62,392 bases of DNA from NCBI GenBank assembly GCA_018812485.1, contig JAHJDO010000005.1:1-62392 (forward strand). The letters are read 5' to 3'. A model generated the notes under the pieces. It did no database searches. It saw nothing but the letters and a program-made list of their open reading frames with translations, and was not told the DNA's origin. Shown piece by piece: positions 27,368-37,029 of this stretch (its first letter is position 1; every line of letters begins with the position of its first letter). The translations under genes were made by a program, and so were the position numbers. This DNA is from a bacterium (lineage in GTDB: Bacteria > JAHJDO01).

Positions 27368-28761
27368 TGAGTCCCTTTAAGAATTGCTCCCTGCGATGTT
27401 AGTTTTTTTCTTAACGCTTCTACTGATAATTCCCGAACATTAGTGTGATTTTGAAATGAGTATAAAGCAGCGGCTGTGCCAGCAGCCTCGCCGGTAGCCA
27501 TGCATGTTCCCATCACTCTCACAGACCCATTGGCTTCACGCGTTGAAGAAAGACACCTGCCTGCAACAAACATATTTGCAATGTTTTTGGGGATGAGACA
27601 GTTATAAGGAATATCATATGAATGTCCATTTTTTACTGGAATTCGTGTCTGGTCTGTCCCGCTTCCGTGAATATCGACATGATGAGCCCCTTTTGCTATC
27701 CCATTTTTGACTTTCTTCCCTGAAATAACGTCTTCCGTCTTTAAAACATATTCTCCGATAATCCTACGGGTCTCTCTTATACTGATGCTATGGGCTATTC
27801 CAGACAGTTCGGAGTTCCTGAAACCTGGAATATGAATTTTGAGAAACTCTATAGCCGTTGATATTTGACGGGAAAGTGTAAAGAGAGAATTTGACAGGGT
27901 TTCAATATTTCTGGCATCAATACCAGAAACACGTGTGGTATTAAGTACTATTTCTTTTTTTCCCATGGAAGTTGGACTCATGAATATTGCACTACAAGGA
28001 TACATGAGTCCTCTCCTGATTGCATCCCCAAGCAGTGTTCCTCTTGCTGAAAGTGCAAGATACGGATATCCAGATTCATACACTTTCTGTGCGCATTCAG
28101 CAGGAGTCTTTTTGAAAACAGGATTCTCAGCCAGTAATATTTCTTCAGGATTATCTCTGACAAACTCTAGTAGTGGTTTGAAGTTTATATTACTCATGCG
28201 GAAAATTAAGCTTATTGGCTGAAAATTCTTAGTGTCGCTTCCAGCTTCAGATTTGGCATTAGCCATCGCTGCAATATTACCATCTCCGGTCGCCTCAATA
28301 ATCACTTTTGCCCTGATGCATCTTCTCTTGCCGCTTCTGTCCACAACAAAACATTCCTGAATCCGCCCATTGTCAATCGCTATATTATCAACAATTGTAT
28401 GTAACAGGACATCAACCCTGTATTTTTCGAGTGTTTCAGCAATTACAAGCCGAAAAATGTCAGGATTTACACAGACACCCCATAAGGTACGCCAGTCGCA
28501 AATACAACCTATGTATCCACTCATTCTTTTACATGCATCTAGCAATTCACGAAGAACACCACCAACAATCCATTCACCCAGGGAATTGCAACATCCTAAG
28601 ATCGGCAGACCACTTATCGTATCACCGCCAATAGCACCTCTGGATTCGACAAGCAATGTTCTCGCATTATTCTTAGCTGCAGCAATGGCAGCAGCTATTC
28701 CTGCAGCACCACCACCTATGACCAAGACATCATAATTCTTTATTTTTGATTTCATATTCAT
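27364..28761 (-). CDS. FAD-dependent oxidoreductase (FAD_oxidored, PF12831-like)
   Basis: DVLVIGGGAAGIAAAIAAAKN dinucleotide-binding fold. The alternative start at the second ATG (28755) sits 6 nt after a TGaTAGAAT box. Confidence 0.75.
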   Translation of the reverse strand: MNMKSKIKNYDVLVIGGGAAGIAAAIAAAKNNARTLLVESRGAIGGDTISGLPILGCCNSLGEWIVGGVLRELLDACKRMSGYIGCICDWRTLWGVCVNPDIFRLVIAETLEKYRVDVLLHTIVDNIAIDNGRIQECFVVDRSGKRRCIRAKVIIEATGDGNIAAMANAKSEAGSDTKNFQPISLIFRMSNINFKPLLEFVRDNPEEILLAENPVFKKTPAECAQKVYESGYPYLALSARGTLLGDAIRRGLMYPCSAIFMSPTSMGKKEIVLNTTRVSGIDARNIETLSNSLFTLSRQISTAIEFLKIHIPGFRNSELSGIAHSISIRETRRIIGEYVLKTEDVISGKKVKNGIAKGAHHVDIHGSGTDQTRIPVKNGHSYDIPYNCLIPKNIANMFVAGRCLSSTREANGSVRVMGTCMATGEAAGTAAALYSFQNHTNVRELSVEALRKKLTSQGAILKGTH

Positions 28762-28770
28762 ATTCTATCA
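28762..28770 (-). promoter_or_regulatory. Extended -10 element (TGaTAGAAT) upstream of the FAD oxidoreductase gene
   Basis: The minus strand reads TGATAGAAT ATGAAT ATG. There is no Shine-Dalgarno and no good -35. Confidence 0.3.
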
Positions 28771-29467
28771 CTAAATTATCTTGATACCAGCATTAATCGC
28801 TGTTTTAAAGGCAAAACACCCAACAAGACATACCAAAACACCTCTTCAAGACAAATCTAGCTTAAAAACGCCTGATTCTATTATCTAAAATTCAGGAACC
28901 TTCAAGATAGTCTATTAAGTCTAGTAGTAGAAGGGGAAATATACAAATAGGCATTAGTTCTCATTTTTTACGTTCTATTCATAATTCCGTTTCAGATTAG
29001 TATATTCTTGCTAGAAAAAGACAGTGGGAGAGATTTTGATTATAGGATAACAAGATAGTTCTCAGTATCTAACATATTGAAATTAGGCATGTTATGTATT
29101 TTGAGTTAAAATATTACTTTATGTTATTATCTTGCAATGCAAACAAAAAGCTTTCTCTTTGAATATTTCTTTGTTAGTTTACATAAGATATCTTATGCGA
29201 CACTGAATATTAATGATAAAATAAGCTCTAACTCTTTACACACAAAGAAGTTAGCTAATATTTGCAGACTTGTGAAGTTAATATTGCAAAACTTTTTTTG
29301 TTCGTAACTCTCTTAACAATAAGGAGTTATAAAAATTTAGCACTCTTAGTTAATCAATATAATGGATGTTTTCTCGCGGTTTGCGTACTCTAGTCTAAAT
29401 TCTAATTAAAAATGGAATTTTCGTGGTAATTCAGAGTTTTTCAATATGGAAATGATAAGAAAAAGTG

Positions 29468-32400
29468 TTATAAACTTAGCCTAACTGCCTCTTGCCCAAT
29501 AAGATGCCGTAATTTAATAAGCAAGTCCTTTTGTGGAGATATATGGATTTTTGGATCAGCCAACATAGTTACCTCTCCAGATTGAGGTATGAGTACATGT
29601 AAATAAACAATAGACTTTCCGGGATATTGAGCTAATAAATCTTTTAATTTTTGAAGTGTTTGCTCATCAAGGCCTGTACTTATAAGTTTGAGATGTATAG
29701 CTTTTGTCAGTTTTTCCTCTGCTTCTAAAAGCGAGATGATATCCGACGCAATTACCTTTGGCTGATCCTCTCTGAGATCAAGCCTTCCCTTTACAAGTAA
29801 TAATTTGTCCACTTCAATAAGATTATCAAATTTCCCAAACACAGCAGGATAAACCAGAACGCTTATTGTTCCTTGCATGTCTTCCAAGGTAAATGCACAC
29901 ATGCGCTTTTTGTCTTTTTTGGTGAGGATCCCTTTCACTGCATTTATTATGCCACCTATATATATATCGTCACCATCCTGATGCTCAGAAACAAGCGTAT
30001 TTGATGCTGTTGTAAAGGATTTAAGAGTATCTTCATGCTTCGCTAATGGATGTCCACTAACATAGAAGCCTAGTACTTCTTTTTCATATGCAAGGAGCTT
30101 ACTTTCCATCCATTCTTCTACGTCTGCAAACTTATGAACATCTTCACGAAATTCCTTTTGTGATTCAAATACATCAAAAAATAGAGTCTGTCCACTCTGG
30201 GTATCTTTTTGTATCTGTTGACCGACTTCAATTGCATGGTCCAACGTATGCATAAGCTGAGCTCTTGGTCTGCCAAAATTGAACGCACCAGCCTTTATTA
30301 AACTTTCTATTACTCTTCTGTTTGCTGTGCGCAGATTAACACGTTCACAAAAATCATATAGAGACTTAAAATAACCGTGTAATTGTCTTACTTTAATAAT
30401 AGAATCGATAGCTACTTCACCAACGTTTTTTATTGCTGCCAAACCAAAACGAATATTCTTCCCCTCTATTGTGAATTTAGCATAACTTTTATTAATATCG
30501 GGAGGTAATACTTTGATTTTCATATCGTTGCACTCACTTATATACAATACAATCTTATCTGTATTTTGTAATTCACTGCTCAAAAGAGCTGTCATGAATG
30601 CAACAGAATAATTTGCCTTAAAATATGCTGTTTGAAAAGCAATCATTGCATATGCAGCGCTATGAGACTTGTTAAATCCATATCCTGCAAAATATGCTAT
30701 TAAATCAAAAACTTTAGATGCGACTTCTTCTTTTACCCCTTTTTTAATAGCACCTGATATAAATGCATTTCTTTGTTTATCATCCATTATCCCCTTTTTA
30801 CCCATAATCCTACGCAGTGTGTCTGCTTCACCCATAGAAAAACCAGCAAACTCATTTGCTATTCTTATTACTTGCTCCTGATAAAGGATAACTCCATACG
30901 TCTCCTTCAATATGGATTCTAAGATAGGATGATCATATTTTACAGGACTCTTGCTATGTCTTCCCTTCACAAAAGTGTCTAACGCTCCTCCTTGCATAGG
31001 TCCAGGTCTGAACAAAGAAACAAGAGGGATCAGATCCTCAAAAGATTCAGGTTTTAGCTTTCTTGAAAGGTCGCGCATTCCAGGACTTTCCAGCTGGAAC
31101 ACACCTATGGTCTTCCCTTTAGAAATCAGCAGTGAAAAAGTATTCTTATCATCTAAAGGCAATTTGTCGGTTTCAATTTTTTTGTCATAATATTGTTCTA
31201 TAAGAGCAATTGTGTTCTGAATAACAGTTAATGTCTTGAGTCCAAGAAAATCCATTTTTAACAGACCTATTTTTTCTAATGAGTTCATACCATATTGCGT
31301 GCTTATCTCTGTCTTATTACTCATGAACAAGGGTGTAAAATTAGTAAGAGACCCTTCTGAAATAACAACTCCTGCGGCGTGAGTTGAAACGTGTCTTGCC
31401 AGCCCTTCCAGAGACTTAGCAATATCCATTAATGTCTTCACCTGTTCATTCTTTTCTACCAGCTCTGGAATCTCTTTTTGCGTATCCATAGCGCTCTTTA
31501 AAGAAATATTAGGTCCGGAAGGTATCATTTTTGCAATTTTATCCACTTCTGCGTAAGGCATGTTCAAAACTCTACCAACATCTCTGATAACTGCTCTAGC
31601 TGCCATTGTTCCAAACGTTGCAATCTGCGCTACATTCTCTCTCCCATATTTTTCTACAACATACCCTATTACTTCCCCACGTCTTTCATAACAAAAATCT
31701 ATGTCTATATCAGGTAGACTTATACGATCTGGATTTAAAAATCGCTCAAATATTAGACCATATTTAAGAGGATCAATATTTGTAATGTCCAGACAATATG
31801 CAACCAGACTCCCTGCAGATGAGCCCCTGCCAGGACCAACTGCTATTCCTTTACTCTTAGCATACTGTATAAAATCCCATACAATAAGAAAATAACTTGC
31901 ATAATTCATTTTACTTATAACGCCTAACTCATATTCAAGCCTGTCAGTTATTTCTTTAGTAACATCTTGAAATCGTTTCTTACAGCCTTCTTTGGCTAAT
32001 CTCTCAAGATAACTATGAGGACTACTTTCTTTTGGAACCTTAAAATGCGGAAGATATTTCTTAGAAAAATCCAGCTCTAAATTACATTTTTCTGCAATTT
32101 CAATTGTATTAAGAATCGCCTCAGGGGTCTCATTAAAGAGTTTTTTCATTTCATCAGCAGATTTAAAATAAAATTCTTCGCCTGAAAAACGCATCCGCTT
32201 AGGATTATCCAGCGTTGTGCCTGTTTGAATGCACAATAATGCCTCATGTGAAAGTCCATCGTGTCTCTTAATATAATGGCAATCATTCGTTGCCACTACT
32301 GAGATATTCAATGTTTTGCTGAATGATATAAGCTCTCTATTAATCTTTATTTGTTCTTCAATACCATGGTTTTGCAATTCTAGATAAAAATTGCCTTTGC

Positions 32401-32908
32401 CAAATATATCCTGATATTCAGAAATAAGTTTTTCTGCGCCATCCAACTGGTCACTGAGTATAAGATGGGGAATTTCCCCTTTCATGCAACCACTGAGACC
32501 AATTATGCCTTTTGAATATTCCGATAAAACCTGTTTATCAATGCGCGGCTTATAATAAAATCCTTCAAGATAGGCAATCGTTGCGAGTTTCAGAAGGTTC
32601 TTATATCCGTCTTCATCAGCAGCAAGGAGTGTAAGATGGAAGGCAGCTTCTTTTATTCCATGCAATGCCCTTTCCTTCCTATTTCCAGGGGCAACATATG
32701 CCTCATATCCAACAATTGGTTTAATCCCATGTTTCATTGCCTTATCATAAAATTCTATGGCTCCAAACATGTTTCCATGGTCAGTAATAGCCAAAGCCGG
32801 CATTTTGAACTCATGTGCAAGTGATATAATGTCATCCAGACGGCATGCTCCATCAAGCAAACTGTATTGAGTATGATTATGAAGGTGGACAAAACCTGAA
32901 TGTTTCAT
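29468..32908 (-). CDS. dnaE: DNA polymerase III subunit alpha
   Basis: 1146 aa. PHP domain HLHNHTQYSLLDG, a polymerase core and an OB fold. AAGGA Shine-Dalgarno. Confidence 0.97.
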   Translation of the reverse strand: MKHSGFVHLHNHTQYSLLDGACRLDDIISLAHEFKMPALAITDHGNMFGAIEFYDKAMKHGIKPIVGYEAYVAPGNRKERALHGIKEAAFHLTLLAADEDGYKNLLKLATIAYLEGFYYKPRIDKQVLSEYSKGIIGLSGCMKGEIPHLILSDQLDGAEKLISEYQDIFGKGNFYLELQNHGIEEQIKINRELISFSKTLNISVVATNDCHYIKRHDGLSHEALLCIQTGTTLDNPKRMRFSGEEFYFKSADEMKKLFNETPEAILNTIEIAEKCNLELDFSKKYLPHFKVPKESSPHSYLERLAKEGCKKRFQDVTKEITDRLEYELGVISKMNYASYFLIVWDFIQYAKSKGIAVGPGRGSSAGSLVAYCLDITNIDPLKYGLIFERFLNPDRISLPDIDIDFCYERRGEVIGYVVEKYGRENVAQIATFGTMAARAVIRDVGRVLNMPYAEVDKIAKMIPSGPNISLKSAMDTQKEIPELVEKNEQVKTLMDIAKSLEGLARHVSTHAAGVVISEGSLTNFTPLFMSNKTEISTQYGMNSLEKIGLLKMDFLGLKTLTVIQNTIALIEQYYDKKIETDKLPLDDKNTFSLLISKGKTIGVFQLESPGMRDLSRKLKPESFEDLIPLVSLFRPGPMQGGALDTFVKGRHSKSPVKYDHPILESILKETYGVILYQEQVIRIANEFAGFSMGEADTLRRIMGKKGIMDDKQRNAFISGAIKKGVKEEVASKVFDLIAYFAGYGFNKSHSAAYAMIAFQTAYFKANYSVAFMTALLSSELQNTDKIVLYISECNDMKIKVLPPDINKSYAKFTIEGKNIRFGLAAIKNVGEVAIDSIIKVRQLHGYFKSLYDFCERVNLRTANRRVIESLIKAGAFNFGRPRAQLMHTLDHAIEVGQQIQKDTQSGQTLFFDVFESQKEFREDVHKFADVEEWMESKLLAYEKEVLGFYVSGHPLAKHEDTLKSFTTASNTLVSEHQDGDDIYIGGIINAVKGILTKKDKKRMCAFTLEDMQGTISVLVYPAVFGKFDNLIEVDKLLLVKGRLDLREDQPKVIASDIISLLEAEEKLTKAIHLKLISTGLDEQTLQKLKDLLAQYPGKSIVYLHVLIPQSGEVTMLADPKIHISPQKDLLIKLRHLIGQEAVRLSL

Positions 32909-32942
32909 ACTTAATCCTTACTACTTAATTCTTAATCCTGTT

Positions 32943-33725
32943 TTAATAATGCACAGCGATAAGACACAATCCACAGGCAGGAACTGTTTCTCCTGCAAGG
33001 TTTCTATCCCTACCTGCAAGAACCTTCTTAATATTTTGGGGTTCAATACGACGCCTTCCTACATCGAGCAACGTTCCTACAATGATTCTAACCATGTTAT
33101 ATAAAAACGCATTCGCTGCAATCTCAAAAATAACCGCTTTTCTTCTTAATTTTAGAAAATTTGACACATTAAAATCAGTCCTGCTAATGGAAATCTTCTT
33201 TATTGTGCGCACAGGATTTTCGTTATCTGTTTTTTTGCACTGAAATGAACTAAAATCGTGCCTTCCAATTAGATACTTCGCTCCTTCACGCATCATAGAT
33301 AAATTCAACTTATATGGGTAACTATAGAAATCCATTTGCCCAAAAACATGTTTATTATGGTCATTGCACACAACATAACGGTATATCCTCTGCTTAGCAT
33401 CAAACCTTGGGTGAAAGTCTAAAGAAACAGATTCTACGTCTGTTACAGCGATATCTTGAGGCAGAACACTATTCAAAGCATCCTTGATTTGTGAAATCTT
33501 CATGTTTTTTAATGCGATAGCAGGCACTTTAAAACTTGCTACTTGGCCAATCGCATGAACGCCTGTATCCGTTCTCCCCTGCCCTATTACCTTTATTTCC
33601 TTTTTAAACAGCCTCCTAAGGGTTTCTTCCATAACGGATTGAACTGTAATCCCATTTGGTTGAATCTGCCAACCATGATAATTAGTTCCATTATAAGCAA
33701 GTGTAATTCTTATGTTTTCCATCAA
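32943..33725 (-). CDS. truA: tRNA pseudouridine(38-40) synthase TruA
   Basis: YNGTNYHGWQIQ and the catalytic GRTDTGVHA motif. Confidence 0.93.
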   Translation of the reverse strand: MMENIRITLAYNGTNYHGWQIQPNGITVQSVMEETLRRLFKKEIKVIGQGRTDTGVHAIGQVASFKVPAIALKNMKISQIKDALNSVLPQDIAVTDVESVSLDFHPRFDAKQRIYRYVVCNDHNKHVFGQMDFYSYPYKLNLSMMREGAKYLIGRHDFSSFQCKKTDNENPVRTIKKISISRTDFNVSNFLKLRRKAVIFEIAANAFLYNMVRIIVGTLLDVGRRRIEPQNIKKVLAGRDRNLAGETVPACGLCLIAVHY

Positions 33726-33870
33726 TTGCTATTTTACAATATAAGCTACAATTCTACAATTAAAACATTACCTTGATGGCTTCCCTCTTGATTTATGAAC
33801 TATTCCCTTATCTCCTTCTTTCCGATTAGGACATTATCATTTTGGTGTTACATAGAATATGCGCATTTTT

Positions 33871-33900
33871 TTGACAAAAACAAGAGACCTTTGTTATAGT
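33871..33900 (+). promoter_or_regulatory. sigma70-type promoter of the ychF-like gene; leaderless geometry
   Basis: TTGACA at 33871-33876, an 18-nt spacer, and TGtTATAGT ending at 33900. The ATG at 33907 follows after 6 nt with no Shine-Dalgarno. Confidence 0.55.
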
Positions 33901-33906
33901 AGTGGC

Positions 33907-34974
33907 ATGAAAATAGGAATCATAGGACTTCCTCAGGTTGGCAAGAAAATTCTATTTGAAGTTCTGACACAACAAAAATCCAACACACCAGATAATTCAA
34001 GAGACATAATCCCTGGTGTTGTAAGAGTAAAGGATCCCAGATTTGACAAACTTGTTTCCATGTATTCCCCTAAAAACGAGGTTCCTGCAGCAATAGACAT
34101 ATCGCTTCTTCCTAAAATAGAAAAGGAAACAGTATCAAGAGGAGAGGTATTTACAAAGATCGCAGATGTGGATGCACTTTGCCATATAGTCCGCTCATTT
34201 GAAAATGAATCAGTTTATCATGTTGAAGGTTCAATTAATCCTATTCGTGATATAGACACAATTAATTCCGAACTAATTCTAAATGATATGATATTTACAG
34301 AAAAGAGACTTGAAAGAATAGATAAAGAGCTTTCAAGAAAGAATGATATAACTAAAGAAAAAGATAAAGAAATACTTTTAAAACTAAAAGCTCATCTTGA
34401 GAAAGAGCTGCCTCTCAGAACTATGCCTCTAAATAAAGAAGAGTTTAAACTAATATTGGCATATCAGTTTATTTCTATGAAACCTATAATAATAGTTTTG
34501 AATATTGGAGAAGAAGATATAATAAATACGAGTCTTCTTGACTCTGTAAAGCGGAAATACAAAGATCAACAAATGGAGATAATACAAGTTTCTGCCAAGA
34601 TAGAATCTGAAATAGCCTCTCTTCCAGAAGCAGAGCAAAAAGACTTTCTTTCTGAGCTTGGGATAGAAGAACCGGCAGTCAATGCTCTAACAAGATCATT
34701 TTATAAAACGCTTGGATTAATATCGTTCTTTACTGTAGGCAAGGATGAAGTTCGGGAATGGATGGTTAGGGAAAATTCAACAGCTCCTGAAGCGGCAGGG
34801 GTAATTCACACAGACCTGCAGCGCGGTTTTATAAGAGCGCAGGTTATTAAATACGAGGATTTAGTATCCCTTGGCACAGAGGCAAAAGTAAAAGAAGCTG
34901 GAAAATGCTATGTTAAAGGGAAAGATTATATTGTAGAAGATGGAGACATAATAGATATAAGGTTTAATGTATGA
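33907..34974 (+). CDS. ychF: YchF-like protein with degenerate G1/G2/G3 motifs and a conserved C-terminal domain
   Basis: It aligns end to end with E. coli YchF as I remember that sequence. The C-terminus FFTVGKDEVREW..AAGVIHTDLQRGFIRAQV..GKDYIVEDGDIIDIRFNV is conserved. G1 reads GLPQVGKKI and G3 reads DISLL. Confidence 0.8.
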   Translation: MKIGIIGLPQVGKKILFEVLTQQKSNTPDNSRDIIPGVVRVKDPRFDKLVSMYSPKNEVPAAIDISLLPKIEKETVSRGEVFTKIADVDALCHIVRSFENESVYHVEGSINPIRDIDTINSELILNDMIFTEKRLERIDKELSRKNDITKEKDKEILLKLKAHLEKELPLRTMPLNKEEFKLILAYQFISMKPIIIVLNIGEEDIINTSLLDSVKRKYKDQQMEIIQVSAKIESEIASLPEAEQKDFLSELGIEEPAVNALTRSFYKTLGLISFFTVGKDEVREWMVRENSTAPEAAGVIHTDLQRGFIRAQVIKYEDLVSLGTEAKVKEAGKCYVKGKDYIVEDGDIIDIRFNV

Positions 34975-35816
34975 AATCAGTTCTGATTACAGGATGTTCA
35001 TCCGGACTTGGGTTGTATATGGCTGAATCCTTGCAACAGGATGGATGGAAGGTGTTTGCTACTGCAAGAAAGGAAGAGGATATTGAGAATTTGAGAAGTA
35101 AAGGGATTGATGCTTTTTTTCTTGATGTAACAAATTCAGAGTCCATTGAAAAACTTGTTAAATATGTTTCTGAGAAAACGGATGGAAAGCTATATGCGCT
35201 GATCAATAACGCAGGATGCGGATATTCAGGAGCTCTTGAGGACATAACAAGAGACGCCATGCGCAACCAGTTTGAAGTCAATGTGTTTGGAGTGCATGAA
35301 CTTACTAATCAAATAATTCCCACCTTCCGTAAAAACAAAAGAGGTCGTATTATTAATATAAGTTCTGCTGCAGGAAGATTCAGCACTCCGTTTATGGGAG
35401 CTTATTCAGCATCAAAGTTTGCTCTTGAAGCACTCTCTGACGCATTACGGCTTGAGCTTAGAAATACGGGTATAAAGATTAGTATTATTGAACCCGGCCC
35501 TCTTAAAAGCGATTTCAGTAAAAACGCCTTAGCCATCTTTCAAAACCAGGTCAATCCTCCTAAGAACAGTCATTACAAAGACATATACGAAAAAATGGGT
35601 AAATACAGGCAGACAAAAGAAACAAAAAAGAATATTCCCGGACCTGATGTTTTTTATAAAAAAGTTAAGCATGCGCTGGAAAGTAAGAGACCCAAAATAA
35701 GATATCCTGTTACTATGACCGCTTATCTTGCTTCATATCTCAAGCGTATTTTCCCTGACAGACTGCTGGACATTTTATTAAAACTTTATCTGAACAGGAA
35801 ATATGGTAAGTTGTGA
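34971..35816 (+). CDS. Short-chain dehydrogenase/reductase (SDR)
   Basis: ITGCSSGLG, NNAG and YSASKFALE motifs. The start overlaps the ychF stop (ATGA). Confidence 0.9.
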   Translation: MKSVLITGCSSGLGLYMAESLQQDGWKVFATARKEEDIENLRSKGIDAFFLDVTNSESIEKLVKYVSEKTDGKLYALINNAGCGYSGALEDITRDAMRNQFEVNVFGVHELTNQIIPTFRKNKRGRIINISSAAGRFSTPFMGAYSASKFALEALSDALRLELRNTGIKISIIEPGPLKSDFSKNALAIFQNQVNPPKNSHYKDIYEKMGKYRQTKETKKNIPGPDVFYKKVKHALESKRPKIRYPVTMTAYLASYLKRIFPDRLLDILLKLYLNRKYGKL

Positions 35817-35817
35817 T

Positions 35818-36264
35818 TTATAAGTCTAATTCTCCTTCTGCCTTGAATGCCCGCAGTTTTTTCTTTTTTGACTGGATTTTTTTTACTCTGAGAATTTTCT
35901 CTTTTGCTCTCTTTGATCTCTTGCGTTTTTGCCGCTTTATTTTGGCAATGCGCTTTGCTTCTTCGCTTTTCTTGCCTAATTGAACCTGTTCTATTTTATC
36001 AGCGAGTATTCTGCGGGCTAAGAATCTGTTGAGGACTTGTAGGCGTTCCTTCTGGCACTTGACCTCAATACCTGATGGAATGTGTTTAAGATAAACGCAC
36101 GTTGAAGTTTTATTTACTTTCTGCCCGCCTGCGCCGCTGGAACGAACAAAGCGTTCAATTATATCCGATTCATTGATACCTAGCTGTTGCATTTTTTCAT
36201 GGAGTCTTTTTTCTTTTACCTGACTTATTCCATACTTAGATAAAGCCATACTATATCCATTCAC
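35818..36264 (-). CDS. arfB: ArfB-like GGQ peptidyl-tRNA hydrolase (class I release-factor domain with a basic C-terminal tail)
   Basis: SSGAGGQKVNKTSTCV GGQ motif followed by a Lys/Arg-rich tail. The start may be the ATG at 36249 instead of the GTG at 36264. Confidence 0.7.
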   Translation of the reverse strand: MNGYSMALSKYGISQVKEKRLHEKMQQLGINESDIIERFVRSSGAGGQKVNKTSTCVYLKHIPSGIEVKCQKERLQVLNRFLARRILADKIEQVQLGKKSEEAKRIAKIKRQKRKRSKRAKEKILRVKKIQSKKKKLRAFKAEGELDL

Positions 36265-36309
36265 TTATTATTGGTCATTTATCATATTTATATGATAACA
36301 TATTGCGAA

Positions 36310-36903
36310 ATGAATAAAAAATATAACATTATAGCTATCTTCGTTTGCGCCGCGTTATTTTTAAGCGGATGCGCCATTTTGAAACTTCCAGGACAGATAA
36401 TAGTTGTTGCAGGAAAAATAGTTGTAGTAACGTTGCAAACAACGGGCAAACTGATTACAACCACCGGAAAGGTTATTGCAACAGTGGTTAAGATACCCGG
36501 TGGCAGAAAGGTCATAAAACTTACTAAAGTAGGCAATGCCCTATTTGCCGATGCTGTTCTAAACAAGAAAGTAAAAACACAACTGGTTATTGACACAGGG
36601 TGTACTCATACACAAATATCCGCAAGAATAGCCAAAAAGCTGAAGATAAAAAAGAATGAAGGCGAAAAAGTTCTGTGTGAATTAGCAAATGGGCAGAAGG
36701 TAAAAGGCAGAGCAGTTAATATTAAAGAAATCAAACTCGGAAAAGTAAAAGCTTATAATGTAAGAGTTGTTATTCTTGACAGAGAGATATCGGGTGAATC
36801 TGATGGACTGCTAGGTATGTCTTTTTTGAATAATTTTATTTTTAAAATAGATACTGAAAAAAGTGAATTAACTCTGGAAAAGAGAAAAAAGCCCAATAGA
36901 TAA
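36310..36903 (+). CDS. Retropepsin-like (clan AA) aspartic protease lipoprotein
   Basis: Lipobox LSGCA, the active-site sequence LVIDTGCTHT, and DGLLGMSFLNNF. The start is taken at the ATG at 36310. Confidence 0.7.
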   Translation: MNKKYNIIAIFVCAALFLSGCAILKLPGQIIVVAGKIVVVTLQTTGKLITTTGKVIATVVKIPGGRKVIKLTKVGNALFADAVLNKKVKTQLVIDTGCTHTQISARIAKKLKIKKNEGEKVLCELANGQKVKGRAVNIKEIKLGKVKAYNVRVVILDREISGESDGLLGMSFLNNFIFKIDTEKSELTLEKRKKPNR

Positions 36904-37029
36904 AAAGCTCTTTATAAGAGTTAGTTATGAAAAGATCAGAAAAATTTCTAGTGTAAACTTTTTCTCTTTTTTCTCGTCTAACATGATAAAGTGCATACAA
37001 TGAGTTCTATAAGAAAGGGAAGCAATAAA

